Notes: generated by a model not told the origin, from the sequence alone. Counted from the first letter of the stretch, positions 23,401 to 34,344 are shown. The stretch: DNA of 64,000 bases from Epithemia pelagica (GCA_946965045.2 OX337230.1:1178001-1242000), one strand, 5' to 3'. A program made the numbers and translations.

Positions 23401-23704
23401 GGGTATGCCTCAATTAAAATTGAGTCAACCCATTATCTTGTGTTTGATGCAACAATTGGGAACTGTTGTGGCCAACGCCTCCTCCACAACATCCTCGTCT
23501 CCCCGTCTCGAGGTGGAATTGGAGTGGTTGCAAGAATTGGCTCTCTCCTTGGATCCAGAAAATTCACAAATCAAACTGCATGTACCTCGTGTCTTGCATC
23601 AATTGGTCGCCAGTATTACCAATCGCATGAAATTGGCCGATCCCGCCTTGCATCGACCCCTCCAACGATTGCTTTCCATTGTACGGGGAATTCCGCTTTC
23701 GTAA
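20432..23704 (+). CDS. EDC4: Enhancer of mRNA decapping 4 (Ge-1/VARICOSE), 1090 aa
   Basis: WD40 start VAVNPQFVVYTVKNGLIRVLHR..RTLLRAH, acidic/Pro-rich middle, helical region, and C-terminal FEAAFTKAVSAS..LSQPIILCLMQQL..LEWLQELALSLDP. Confidence 0.88.
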   Translation: MEPPETRGTMALPLSDSSTGGGVHVSVHVPTVMSSFSSLVQQPQTQQIANFDAKANDDVPNGRTVAVNPQFVVYTVKNGLIRVLHRHSSLRTLLRAHWEQRVTDIVFFNATAAGGSPLLASVGGPPPPTPAEPTPKTTTSSLVLWKLVQQPTEVTADILLKLSSTRTCMTQIVWHPLNANLFCLLHTHPTTHQRMVTVMETNALPTQAPTEQCPYPTWDWDPTTSTQLFGTIEAFSAQHEITHVAWSPDGRFVLSSDSAGQVVLWNTVPKPSQVCIVQPASPENPVAVTKCFFLPHNDSVPSATTTPTTPTTLPLTPCLGTATHDNSVLTVWSPVRASETGSTIAPRPLQVVSLEHESSSSSSYVLDVVCGFPTPHGAPVSSFVVQADRRHGMIWAWHLQAQWSSHGTGTTTTPQQALWLAGINYVVPFTTRYAIFSCTVFATPTHDVADEEEDDDDKEPQQRSSKQDPLFDTKLYAYQSKLVQCLTLTSTMCRPPTTVDSVTVASVAPGVKVQPLSSSPTPLAAAASVPAVTDIEYEEEDYDYDGAQDEDDDDDEAEEEDDNEKPNTADPVPATTTTTSNNPFANWLGAIAAKTSDPTTTTTTATTTTNSPPLPPPPSTATPTPPPPGTTAMPGGGTYAVPVVTAPPASDLPAPDGEPLAFLSPSDFGSPVQPSKPESETNNTKKKTSTAVTESNTKKASNNNKSGKKSNKRQPQQQQGTSGGTETPVAILKRDATPKQSPPRTPATTQTTNSNHNATWSDAMAREIRQVVKDELKTTLLPAIKSTIKETIQTSMVRPLQASLDQLTKQGVTVDQEVLSSSLAESVDPPVRAAMADCIKTVVLPTLESVTGQVLEQVSHSLEANGGSTSSNSSTAKDLSAMSVQLSTMTELVAELTREVKTLRDVQARQAATASLQGQPQQVSPNAQAPHGSGGGPAAPPVPTVEDTKTEIRRLLAEQNFEAAFTKAVSASTAELAVFCCAHANVNQVLGMPQLKLSQPIILCLMQQLGTVVANASSTTSSSPRLEVELEWLQELALSLDPENSQIKLHVPRVLHQLVASITNRMKLADPALHRPLQRLLSIVRGIPLS

Positions 23705-24623
23705 TAATGTCTTTATAGTTCAATCTTCCTTAGTTGGTTATTCATATAAAAGATCTCGTGCATATCTTGATAGGTAAGGTCACTGCGGAAGACCTCCTTG
23801 TGGCATACTGCAGCTCCCACTTTGTGTTTGGTGAGACAAGGATATGGGCGTCTGTGTATGTATGGCCCAGGTGCTTTACTCGTCCTGTCCTAGCCAAGGG
23901 AAATACGCTCCCCATTCGTTCATAGGAGATAGAGTAGGTGGACCAAGGTTGGCAGTCAATTTTGTCCCATTCAATAGATAGGTGGAACATGAAGAGTGGT
24001 CTTCCGTGTTCAATTGGTTACTAGGTAGGAGTAGGGCGATATTGCGATGAATGCTTTGTTGATTGGAAAATGGAAGACAGGATAGACACCATAGACAAAA
24101 AGTTGGATGACAACAGCGACCGTTTTGAGAGCAGCTGACACCACATGCGTTAAATGAGACGTGTTCCGTGTCTTTTTGCTCGACCAAAAAACCTCCCACG
24201 CTCGTCCGCCCACGCTTTCACGTGCCTTGAGAGACCGCGACCCGGATGTTTTCAGCATTGACACCACTTTCTGACGGCGTCTAGCTAGATCACACGAGAA
24301 CTGTCTCTATTGTATAATACATTGTGTCCTGAAACAACCAAAGAAGGGACCTTGAGTGATGGAAGTGGTCGACAAGAGAATACAGGCGCCAGGAACAATC
24401 CATTGCTGATTTCGGGAGCCTGGAAACCATCGCTGCGAGCGACCCTCTCGGAGCCTGACGTTCCATTTCCACATTACTCGATTGGGCTGGAGTCGAGGCT
24501 TGGAACTGAGGGAGGTGTCAGCAGGATTCAAGTGGTGTCTTGGATTTTCAGCTAAGATTCAAGACTGTTGTGAATTCCATTAAGAGGGTCAATTCCTTTG
24601 CCACATATCCAAACCAAAAAAAT

Positions 24624-27600
24624 ATGTCCTGCATAGCTTGCGGTGTCATGTCACGAGATTCGAATGTCATGAGGCAAAAACGAGCAAATCGATTTCGTGC
24701 GTGTCCCTCGACGACACCTTCTTCCAGCCAGGAGGAAACATCAGTGTCCTATGGCGGTGTGATTTCATCGGATAACAGCTCTTCTTCTCATGACTGTAGC
24801 GAACGAGCTCTCTCCTGGAGCTCATTGTCGCAATGTGATGAAACCAGTCGTGGGGATGCAATGATTATTTCTTATCTTGACCCTTCAGAGAACAGACCGA
24901 GATTCAAAAGTCAGGCAAGGGTAGAGGACGATTATCGAGTGGGTCTTGGACGGAGAATAGCACGGTTTGCCTTGTATGGAGGTCTAGTCGGTTTCATGCT
25001 AGCACTTTTTGCTATCTCGCTATGTGACTCATCCAAATCAAACCACCAGATGAGTGGCATGTTTCCATGCACACTGCGATATGCATATCTCCCAGATTTT
25101 TCTATTCCAGGGCTTGATACATGTCGAAGTCTTCTAGATACATTGCTGGGAAATTATGAACCATCTCCAAGATCTAGATCTCATAGACGGAGAAAATTGG
25201 CTGAGGAGCATGTTAAAAATCAGGGGCCGTCTTTGGTTATTGCAGGGAAAATGTCGGTAGAGGACGGCCCTTGCAATATTGCTCAGTATGACTTGAAGAA
25301 GGACGAATGGAGTCTTTCAGAAAGGATACAACTGTCTCTCTACAACTCTTATTCCGGTGGTGAAGTGTACAGCTTACTGGCGAATCATACCACCTATGAG
25401 CCATCCAATAGCATGGATGCGTTCTTTGACATTCGAAAAGCCAGGCCAAAATCAAATGGAGCAAAACAAACTGGGTCTGGCGAACTTTTAGTCGTCGGGG
25501 CATTCGACACTACCTATCGCAACTCACAGGTCACATATTGCTCAGTAGGAATGTGGGATGGTTTGCAATTGTCAAAGGTTGGAGAAGGATTGTGCAATTC
25601 TGCTTTGTCCAAAGGCATGAAAATCACAACGGCTGCGCTTGCCGGTCCACAAGACGTCTACGTCGCTGGATCCTTTCAGACCCAAGTGTGGAGTGGTGAT
25701 CGACATGAATTTGTCAAAATATTCAATATCGCTCATTTCAATGCCGCCGAACAGGTTTGGCTTCCTTTCAATGTAGGGCAAATAACATGCAGTTGGTGCA
25801 CAGTCACGGTCCTTGCGCTGGCGTGGGATTCTTCTCGGCGACAACTTCACGTGGCAGGAAAATTCAACGCAATTGATGGACGAAACGTGCCCGCCGGTCT
25901 TGCGATCTACGACTATGATTCCGGTCATTTAGTCGCCCATCCGGGTGGTGGACTTTCAATGCTGAATATATCGCAAGATGGGGTAGGAACAGCACTTCAA
26001 CTGGACGAAGAAACCGGTGTGCTTTATGTCATGGGCTCGTTTGAACGATTGACCCAGACATATGAGGTTTGCCTTGGGTTGGCAGCGTATGAGATTGAAC
26101 TGAATCGATGGACTTGTTTGGCCGATGCCGCACATACAGTTCTTCCCTCTGGAGGGGGCAACATGCTGTTGACACCTTATGGTCTGATGGTAGCAGGCAA
26201 AACAACCAGCACAACAACATGGCCTGACGAAGACTACCCTTACACAATTGCGGTCCTGAACGCAACATTGAAAACGAGAAAGAAAGGAAAATGGGCCAAT
26301 GGAACATCGGATAACCAGATTTACCACGACTTTAACTGGTCATGGCTACCAGGATTTAATGGTCATGATGAACCGCTGCATTCACTGGCGAACGGATTTG
26401 GCGAATACACTGGATACGTGTTTATTGCTGGTGACAATCTAGTGGCACAATGGTCTTATCAACTGAAACCGGATGACGACGATGCACGGTTCTTGTCGAG
26501 TTCCAGTAACCCACCTAAGCTTGTTGCAACGACCGATATTCTGTCAGAAAATCATGTGCGTGGAGCCATCATGGCTATATCACAAATGATGCCAGAAAGT
26601 GACGATCTCTCGGCCTCAGGTGGAATTGGTTCCGTGAATATCACAATCATTGTTTACTGCATCTCTGTGGGATGTGTTATTGGTGTGATTGGAGCCATTC
26701 TCTGTAACCGAAATGCTTCCCAAAAGCTCTTGCCATTTGGACAAGACAAAGACTTCAAGGGATTCACCTTGGACACTTTGACGTACAGTGCTGTTGAAAA
26801 CTCAAGTATTATGGATTCGTACCGACGGGCAATGGAAACTCGCTACGTACAGCATCCCCACCTTTTGACAATCATCGACCCTCAAGAAATCTTCTTACAA
26901 CGAATAATTGGAGAAGGAACTTTTGGAAGGGTGTGGAGTGCCAAGTGGAGAAGCTCAAGTGTGGCTGTGAAAGAGTTTGTTTTCGCTCAAGCAGCAGTGG
27001 CTGGCAAGTCAACCATGCAACAGGAGATTGTAGAAGAAATCATTGGTGAAGCTGGAATGATGGCGATTCTGCGGCATCCCAATGTACTTCAATTGTTTGG
27101 ATGCTCCTTGACGGCTCAAGCTATTTGGATTGTCAGCGAACTCTGTTCATTGGGCAGCTTGAGGCAACTTCTAGACGACAATGACAAAACTCTCTCGTTA
27201 TCGACACGACTAAGTCTCGCTTTGCAGGTGGCTGAGGGAATGACATATCTGCATACCCAGGATCCACCGATTATCCATCGCGATCTCAAGAGCCACAACA
27301 TCTTTGTTCATGAAACGTTCACGGACGCCGAAGATATCAGTGTGACGTCGGACAAAATGAAAAAGGGAAAAGACACGAAAGATCACTACGAGAAGATTTC
27401 CGCTCATTCGACAATGGTTGCCAAAATTGGAGATTGGGGCTCTGCTCGGGCAACGCTCTCGGGGTCAAGGACGATGACGCATGGTGTTGGAACCGCATGT
27501 TGGTTGGCGCCAGAAGTGATTAAGCATGCAAGATCTTCCAAATACAGTGATGTATACGGATATGGAATTGTTCTTTGGGAACTCGCTACTCGCGAAGAGG

Positions 27601-27827
27601 TGTACCAAGGATTGGAAACAACACAAATCATTGCCAAAGTTGCAAACGAAAATCTCCGTCCACCAGTTCCTGAAGACTGTCCATGGAAAGATATCATGGT
27701 GCAATGCTGGGCGGAAAAACCGAACGATCGACTGGAGTTCTCCGAGATTGGAAAGCAGCTTAGCGAATTGTCGAAAGCCTCCACTTCACAAGGCGACTTG
27801 TCTCGAGTACTCAATGCAGACGGATGA
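24624..27827 (+). CDS. Two-TM receptor-like kinase (TKL group) with an extracellular beta-propeller, ~1067 aa
   Basis: TM1 FALYGGLVGFMLALFAISL, repeated LxVxGxF blades, TM2 ITIIVYCISVGCVIGVIGAIL. Kinase motifs IGEGTFGRV, VAVKEF, HRDLKSHN, KIGDWG, GTACWLAPE and DVYGYGIVLWE. Confidence 0.9.
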   Translation: MSCIACGVMSRDSNVMRQKRANRFRACPSTTPSSSQEETSVSYGGVISSDNSSSSHDCSERALSWSSLSQCDETSRGDAMIISYLDPSENRPRFKSQARVEDDYRVGLGRRIARFALYGGLVGFMLALFAISLCDSSKSNHQMSGMFPCTLRYAYLPDFSIPGLDTCRSLLDTLLGNYEPSPRSRSHRRRKLAEEHVKNQGPSLVIAGKMSVEDGPCNIAQYDLKKDEWSLSERIQLSLYNSYSGGEVYSLLANHTTYEPSNSMDAFFDIRKARPKSNGAKQTGSGELLVVGAFDTTYRNSQVTYCSVGMWDGLQLSKVGEGLCNSALSKGMKITTAALAGPQDVYVAGSFQTQVWSGDRHEFVKIFNIAHFNAAEQVWLPFNVGQITCSWCTVTVLALAWDSSRRQLHVAGKFNAIDGRNVPAGLAIYDYDSGHLVAHPGGGLSMLNISQDGVGTALQLDEETGVLYVMGSFERLTQTYEVCLGLAAYEIELNRWTCLADAAHTVLPSGGGNMLLTPYGLMVAGKTTSTTTWPDEDYPYTIAVLNATLKTRKKGKWANGTSDNQIYHDFNWSWLPGFNGHDEPLHSLANGFGEYTGYVFIAGDNLVAQWSYQLKPDDDDARFLSSSSNPPKLVATTDILSENHVRGAIMAISQMMPESDDLSASGGIGSVNITIIVYCISVGCVIGVIGAILCNRNASQKLLPFGQDKDFKGFTLDTLTYSAVENSSIMDSYRRAMETRYVQHPHLLTIIDPQEIFLQRIIGEGTFGRVWSAKWRSSSVAVKEFVFAQAAVAGKSTMQQEIVEEIIGEAGMMAILRHPNVLQLFGCSLTAQAIWIVSELCSLGSLRQLLDDNDKTLSLSTRLSLALQVAEGMTYLHTQDPPIIHRDLKSHNIFVHETFTDAEDISVTSDKMKKGKDTKDHYEKISAHSTMVAKIGDWGSARATLSGSRTMTHGVGTACWLAPEVIKHARSSKYSDVYGYGIVLWELATREEVYQGLETTQIIAKVANENLRPPVPEDCPWKDIMVQCWAEKPNDRLEFSEIGKQLSELSKASTSQGDLSRVLNADG

Positions 27828-28521
27828 AGAAAATCAAGGGTTGATGGGCTTGTTCAGCAGCACAATTTACCACTTGTTCAACAGCTTGTTTTGGCCTCTC
27901 ACCGACAGCCTAAAGAGAGTCGATCGGATGGAAGGTTATGCCAAGGATATCTGCATTATTGATCCAATCGTGGTACATTCTCCTCTATTTCGTTTAAGAG
28001 TATATCGATTCGCAGCAACGTGTAAGTCGCGTCCATGTGGGCGCGCAGGTTAAGCTGTTTGACGACATTTGTTCACCAGTGATTTGATCGTGCAGAAACG
28101 AATAATTCAACGATGGTCGTGTTATTCCTTTTCTTGAATGTTGTCGTAGGAGTAACTGTTAGCATTTACTGTTGTCTAATAACCCAACTTGAGTGCATCC
28201 CCCCTTTGGACGGAAAAGAGCTGTCTGGTTTTATACAGTATGGTGTATGATAACGAAGAAAGGCACTCTAAAAGACACGGACCACTGTGAGGCGCCAGTT
28301 GTTGCTTCATTGTTTCTCCGATTCATCTCATCAAGAAGACAGCCGTTAATTCTCGAAATACTGATCCATATTGATTCAAGTTGTCGCGTGGTCGAGACGT
28401 TTGTAAATATAGACCTTGTTTGTTACCAAGGATAAACCCACTGATCCTTGGTTGTTCAATATAGTTGGAGCAGTCCGTCGGTTCGGATTATGGAAGCCAA
28501 AGATGGCCCTATTCATTCTTG

Positions 28522-31455
28522 TTACGCAAGGAGGGTCGAACTTATAATACTCGCAAAGTGTTCGACGACACGAATCATGTCCTCTTGCTCGGTACTTCTT
28601 TGTTCGCTCGAGCCCTTTTCGTCCCCAGATGGTTTGAGTCGTTTGAAGGGAGGTTCCAATACACTTTCCGTCGCGTCAGACGGAAGAAACTCCACAAGAG
28701 AACAGGAGGTTCTTCTGGGAACACTGGAGGGTGTGTCTAAATGGACCGAGATGGTCATTGGATACAAGGTCAATGCCTCATTGTCAAAGGCAAATGACAA
28801 GGCAAACAAGGTTTGCTGCAAGTTGGACCGTTTCGAACTAACTCCATCCGAAGAAGACTTTGTCGTTTCAATCACTTGTTGATCCAGCAAGATCGAAAGT
28901 GGAGGTGTTGGAAACAAGGTGAGTCCCGAAGCCGATTCTAGAGCTTCTCCTGCCACGTCGGGAACGGCGTTCATTCCCAGTGATGTTCCAATCGCCATGG
29001 GCGCCAACCCAAACAACGCCACCAAGCCACAGCATTTGGTCATGGAAATGGTGACATCTCGACAAGCCTGCGCAATGGATCGGTCCCGAATCGACGCCGA
29101 TTGACTGTCCTTATCATCCCACTGTCCTCCAACGCCTACTCGTTGGCCCAAAACATTCATGGATCGAACCAATCCATCAAAGGCCTCCTTGACCAAAAAT
29201 CCAGTTGATTTGGCACCCATGGCTCTTCGTCGGTTCAGGGGCGTATTTGCAATCCTCAAGGCCAAACTTTCCGAGGCTTGGACATCATTGCAAGCCAGGT
29301 ATCGGAGAAGTTTCATGGTCCGCGGAAAGGTTGGAACAAAGGATCCTGTCCGGGCATCGCACGCCAAACGAAATAATACCGGTGCGCCCGAAGCAGTCGG
29401 TTCATGGTGACTGGTTTCACTCCTGGCTCCTCCATAATAGTACGATACTCGGGGAGCAATGGAAATGTCACCCCGTTCGGCCGTGAGGGTAATCCACGGG
29501 GGCAAGAACCGTTCAGCCGCTGTCCCTCCTGCAGTTTGTAACAAGGCTCGAACGACCGCATCGCATTTGCGTTCGGTACAAAGACGAGTGGCGGCCAACA
29601 GGGCGTCACTGGCGGACAAGGCAAATGGATTGGAAGCGGCATCGAGCAATTGTCGTATGGTTTCTTCCACATGAGGGGCCGTTCCTTTCTCATGATCACT
29701 TCGCCGAATGGTCGATCCACCACTCAAGGCAACTCGTATTCCACGGCTCTTTTCTGCTCGAATCGACAAAACGAGCTGGCTTTGCGAGTCATTGAAACGA
29801 CTCAAATTAGGAATTGGTGCCTTGTTGTTGTTGTTGGTTTGTGAGGAATCTTCCCGTTCCTCACCTGGTTGTTCTTGTTCTGGTGGTTGCAAATCTCCCA
29901 TGGCCGGTGGTCCATAGGCATCGTCGACTCTCCAAAAGGAAATGGACATGGCACCCAGCAACACCGTCGATTCGTCCAGTGTCGTGGCGTCGGCAAATTG
30001 TACCGGTGTGACATTGATTTGACTTCCTTCTCCCGCCGACCATGCCCCTCGACGCAAGGCCAAGGCTTGAGCCGACAACAGTTCCAATTGCCAGGACAAG
30101 GAAAATTCTTGTGCCACATCAAACAAGGCCTGCAAGGGTCGGGCAATGGCGTCGTCGTGTGGTTGTGGCTCGTCGTCGTCCTGGTCTGCTGCGGTTGCTG
30201 TTTCGTCGTTGGGAGAGCTGTTTCGTTGTGCGGCGGCGGCCACCTGGCGTGCCCGAGCTTCTTCTCGAGTCATGGCCAAGGCCGCCAATCGATGAAGATC
30301 ATATCGTTGTCGATTGGAAGCCTCCAATTGATGATTGAATTCCCCCGTTTTGGCTTGGACACGAACATCCAAGGACAACAAGGTCCATTCATCCTTGTTA
30401 TTGTTGTTGTTGTTATTGTCTTGGTGGTGGTGGTTTGTGCTTGTGGTAGAGGATGATGACGAGGATACCAGTGTGAGGAGTGCTTGAATCGGATACTGGT
30501 TCTGGTGGTGGTTGGAGGCGAGTCCTTGTGGTTGTTGCTGTTGTGGTTGTTTGGGTTGAGAGGGATCGGCTTGTGGTGGTCGACGAGGTGTCCCGTGTCG
30601 CAATTCCAAGACCCCTCCTCGCAGTGACAAGGAAAAGCGGGGTGTCCTCTTGTTCCGTCGTCGTTTCCGATCCGCCACTTCGCCCGTCAAGAGTTTTTCT
30701 CGGACCGCCATTTGCCAGTGTTCCTTGACTTGTTGTTTGGAGTAGGCCGATTCCGGACAGGTTTCATACCGATCGGCCGCCAATCGCAAATCCGACGGCA
30801 AATCGTACCATTGACCAGCCAAATGAACGTCCAAGGCTCCATAGACATCGTGCGGTGCCGCCCGGGCCGGAAAGAGTTGGGCATGAAAAAAGTACATGGC
30901 ATCCTGAGCTTCATCGGCTTGGACCCAGGCGGTTCGAGCATGTTGCAAGGCGGTACTGGACACTTGGACTTGTTGGCCAAAGTCGGACGAGGCGGTCGCG
31001 GCCGTCAAGCCGGCCACCTGTTGCAGGGCACGGCCATGTTGCGTCAATCGCCAGGCCAGTTCATGACGACGTTGGGCAAAGGATAAATTGGACATGCGTT
31101 CGCGACGAGTCGCTTGGGCCATGCTGTCATTCTCATGATGGGTGCCACCACCACCACCACTACTACTGGCACCGGCACCGCCACCACCCCCGGCACCACT
31201 CGTTCCGTCCGTTGTAGTGTCACCACCACCACCCGCGGCTTCGGATTGTGCCGCAATGGTCACATCCATTTCTCCATGCGCCATATTGTACAAATCTTGA
31301 TACAAGGAATCGGTCGTGGCCAACAAGACTTGCGACAAGGGAATGGTCAACAAGGATCCATCGACTGGATTCAAGGACAACTCCAAGGGACGAGGTTCCA
31401 CGCCGCCCGTCGGTACGGGTGGTCGCTGTGGTGTTGATCCATGAGTCGAAGACAT
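28522..31455 (-). CDS. MED14: Mediator subunit 14-like, ~977 aa
   Basis: N-terminal IPLSQVLLATTDSLYQDLYNM..RRHEL..DAMYFFHAQLFPARAAPHDVYGALDVHLAG matches the Med14/Rgr1 N-domain pattern (ARxPxxDlxxAlDVLxxG). Confidence 0.78.
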   Translation of the reverse strand: MSSTHGSTPQRPPVPTGGVEPRPLELSLNPVDGSLLTIPLSQVLLATTDSLYQDLYNMAHGEMDVTIAAQSEAAGGGGDTTTDGTSGAGGGGGAGASSSGGGGGTHHENDSMAQATRRERMSNLSFAQRRHELAWRLTQHGRALQQVAGLTAATASSDFGQQVQVSSTALQHARTAWVQADEAQDAMYFFHAQLFPARAAPHDVYGALDVHLAGQWYDLPSDLRLAADRYETCPESAYSKQQVKEHWQMAVREKLLTGEVADRKRRRNKRTPRFSLSLRGGVLELRHGTPRRPPQADPSQPKQPQQQQPQGLASNHHQNQYPIQALLTLVSSSSSSTTSTNHHHQDNNNNNNNKDEWTLLSLDVRVQAKTGEFNHQLEASNRQRYDLHRLAALAMTREEARARQVAAAAQRNSSPNDETATAADQDDDEPQPHDDAIARPLQALFDVAQEFSLSWQLELLSAQALALRRGAWSAGEGSQINVTPVQFADATTLDESTVLLGAMSISFWRVDDAYGPPAMGDLQPPEQEQPGEEREDSSQTNNNNKAPIPNLSRFNDSQSQLVLSIRAEKSRGIRVALSGGSTIRRSDHEKGTAPHVEETIRQLLDAASNPFALSASDALLAATRLCTERKCDAVVRALLQTAGGTAAERFLPPWITLTAERGDISIAPRVSYYYGGARSETSHHEPTASGAPVLFRLACDARTGSFVPTFPRTMKLLRYLACNDVQASESLALRIANTPLNRRRAMGAKSTGFLVKEAFDGLVRSMNVLGQRVGVGGQWDDKDSQSASIRDRSIAQACRDVTISMTKCCGLVALFGLAPMAIGTSLGMNAVPDVAGEALESASGLTLFPTPPLSILLDQQVIETTKSSSDGVSSKRSNLQQTLFALSFAFDNEALTLYPMTISVHLDTPSSVPRRTSCSLVEFLPSDATESVLEPPFKRLKPSGDEKGSSEQRSTEQEDMIRVVEHFASIISSTLLA

Positions 31456-31962
31456 GTCGCGTTCCACCTAGACAAGAGCACTGTCCAAGCTTTATCACAA
31501 TACATAAACTGAAGCTTATGAAACCTCAGACAAGACGCCGTTCGGCACCCTCAACCCTCACCATCTTTTTGCGGCGACGAGAAAAGACGAACCAAAGGTG
31601 GATTTCAAGATGGAGCCTTGATAGGACGCCAAAGTCCACAGCGATTGAAACGCGACTCAGAAAACCCTTTATTTCTCCCACGGGATTTCCGACGAGAGAG
31701 GGCTGTAATCGTGAAGTGGTCTACCCAACCGAGTTGATGTGGGGCATCAGCATATGCCCGCACCCACCCAGTTTGTCATTCAAAATCTTCTTTAAGTCGA
31801 CAAAGAGAAAAGAGATACTTTGGAGATTGACAAAGTGAAGAAGGATTACCTTTATATCTGATTGAAACAAGGAAGACAACTGTTGTTGATTCCATTCTTT
31901 CTTCTTTGTGGACATTGTTTGGTTTCTGACTCTGTATATATAGACGAACGAAAACAACGACC

Positions 31963-33003
31963 ATGGATGAGATGGACCTCAAGATTGTGGCGGCCTGCAA
32001 TGAGTTGATTGGGACCAAATCCAAAACGTTGAACCAACGAGTCGATCACACCAATGAACGAGCTCGATTACGACGAGAATTGGACCAACAGAAACGTCAA
32101 TTGGACAAACGATTGGCCTCCCTTCGCTTAACAAAGGACTTGTCCGTCTATCGAGAAGCCTGTACCACCGTCTTTGAGGAGGCGGGGATTCGAATTCCCG
32201 GCTTGGCGGCGGCCCGACAAGCCCAACTCTGTTTGCATGTTCATATTCTGACCGTCTTGGACAATCAACACGAATTACTCAAAAAACAGGGCCACCGAGA
32301 ACGGGCGGCCCTCGAAGTCCAAGCCAATCGCGTCCGTGATTCCATTGCCACCTGCGAAATTCACTATCTCAATCAAATGGTTCAGTTGGAACAGCAACTC
32401 CAAGAACTGCAAGAATGGATCCAAACGACCGAATCGACCAAAACAATGGCATCCAAACGCAACAAACTCAATAGTTCAGCCCATGAAAAACAAGAACAAG
32501 AACACGAGGACCAAACTGCCTCGGACCAAGACACCTCCAAACCCGGACAAGAACCATTGCATTCCAGTTCACACGATAGACCATTGAACACTGCCGATTG
32601 CTCCGAGTCGGACGAGCGTACCGCCCCGTCGACACCACCTCCTCCTTCATTGTCATCGGATGGTCCACGCCCCACGACCGAACGACGAGGCAGTGTGGGA
32701 ATGAAAGGAAGTTGTATCATGCCCGCACGTCCCCAATACCTCATGATGGGACCCTCCAAGCAATCCGTAGCAGCCTCGACCACGACAGCCTCCTCTACCA
32801 TCCCTTCTTTGGCGGCAACGCCTACCGTTCAACTCATGCATCACCCGGACGACGACGACGACGACGAGGAGGAGAACGACCACACCCAAATCCATGACCA
32901 AAAAGACATTTCGTCATCACTCTCGTCGTCCTTACCCTCGTACGAAACCACAACCACCACGAGCCACAACGAGAATGGTCCACCGGCCATTGTCGCCACT
33001 TAA
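31963..33003 (+). CDS. Hypothetical coiled-coil protein with a disordered S/T/D-rich tail, 346 aa
   Basis: Long ORF with good start context (accATGg), heptad-rich N-terminal half, and codon/low-complexity style like neighbouring genes. Confidence 0.65.
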   Translation: MDEMDLKIVAACNELIGTKSKTLNQRVDHTNERARLRRELDQQKRQLDKRLASLRLTKDLSVYREACTTVFEEAGIRIPGLAAARQAQLCLHVHILTVLDNQHELLKKQGHRERAALEVQANRVRDSIATCEIHYLNQMVQLEQQLQELQEWIQTTESTKTMASKRNKLNSSAHEKQEQEHEDQTASDQDTSKPGQEPLHSSSHDRPLNTADCSESDERTAPSTPPPPSLSSDGPRPTTERRGSVGMKGSCIMPARPQYLMMGPSKQSVAASTTTASSTIPSLAATPTVQLMHHPDDDDDDEEENDHTQIHDQKDISSSLSSSLPSYETTTTTSHNENGPPAIVAT

Positions 33004-33225
33004 TGAACCACAATGCACGCAAACAAACAAATAGTCCTACGTTCCTTGTAAAATAGTCCAAGCACGTCTGGAGTAATCTTCTCCAGAATGCCTTTTGATC
33101 TATCCTCTCTTCAACACGAATCAGATTTGCGCTGTCATCCTTCCTTGAAAGGGAAGATACGAAACACTCCCAAACCTAAAAGAATGCGAGTCCATCAAGA
33201 AAGAAACAGAAAGTGTAGCAAGTGT

Positions 33226-33875
33226 CTATTGATAATCGGATGGCAATGTGAACATGGACGTTTCTTCCAATGGTTGTTTGTCCATATAGAGTAATCCAGT
33301 CAATGGCATGTGATCCCATTGCAACTGCAATCGCACATCTTTGCCCCGCAATTCCTTGCCCTGATCGACCAAGGCATATTTGATAAAGACGGATTCTTCT
33401 TGCAAGTGTTTGGGATCGCCGGCTTCGACAATTTTATCCCACAAGACAATTTGGTTCGTTCGTCCCTCTGCATCGTACAAGGCCACCACGTAGACAAACA
33501 ATTGTTTGATATTCCAATGAAAGGCCGGTTCCAAGTCCACATCCAAATCAAAACTCAACAGGGCACGATCCACACCCCCATGGCTTTTCAACGATCGCAA
33601 ATTGTTCAATTCCAATTTGTGAATCACTATATATCAGAGAGAGGACGTCGTCCACACCAACACAGACCAGCAACATTTGACAAGGACACTAAAGTGAGTA
33701 CCAATCACGTCTGTTTCCAACACTGTGAACGTCAATTATTATTGTTCCAACACACACCTGGCTTGTAGTACGTGGTGTGCCCTAGCTTGGACAAGGCAGC
33801 CAATCCACTCAAGACCAACAAGACGGTCAGTCCAAAAAACACGACAGCATTCAATCGGACCCAAACAGTGTGCAT
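33226..33875 (-). CDS. SPCS3: Signal peptidase complex subunit 3 (SPC22/23); 2 exons, ~172 aa
   Basis: Exon 33875-33758 (MHTVWVRLNAVVFFGLTVL..) splices to 33626-33226 (..FDLDVDLEPAFHWNIKQLFVYV..IVLWDKIV..KYALVDQG..LQWDHMPLTG). Confidence 0.95.
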
Positions 33876-34328
33876 GATGAACAACCTTTTCTCTTTCGAT
33901 ATAACACGATACTTTTTTTATCGAAGGATAGTGATTCTATTCATCAGACGAGAGAAGAGGACAAAAGCGTCCGCCGTTCCTACGCGTGGCATGAAAGCGA
34001 GCGGAGAGGAGGACATGCAGACAGACGAAATCAGTCTTCCTATGTTGTCTAAGTCTATGTACTGGGAAAAATGAGGAGTAGGATTACCTAACCGCTTCTC
34101 AAGAGCTATCCCAGGAAACCCGTTACTCTACGATCGTTCAACGCTTCATCTTTTTTCATTTCGAGTGTTATGTTGTTGCCATGGCCCTCATCATCTGCCA
34201 CGACGGCCGTATTGAATGGGACGTCCCGTTGCAGTGCGAAAACGATTCCCTCTAGCTTTTCGTTAGAATTTTCGTTAGAAAACCATAAACCAGTCTTGTC
34301 TTTGGGTTCCATACTTCTTTAGTTACGA

Positions 34329-34344
34329 GTACTCCTAGGAGTAC
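34329..34344. promoter_or_regulatory. Perfect 16-bp palindrome GTACTCCTAGGAGTAC made of two copies of a recurrent intergenic motif
   Basis: Read directly; lies in the divergent intergenic region between SPCS3 and the gene at 34732. Regulatory function is inferred. Confidence 0.45.
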
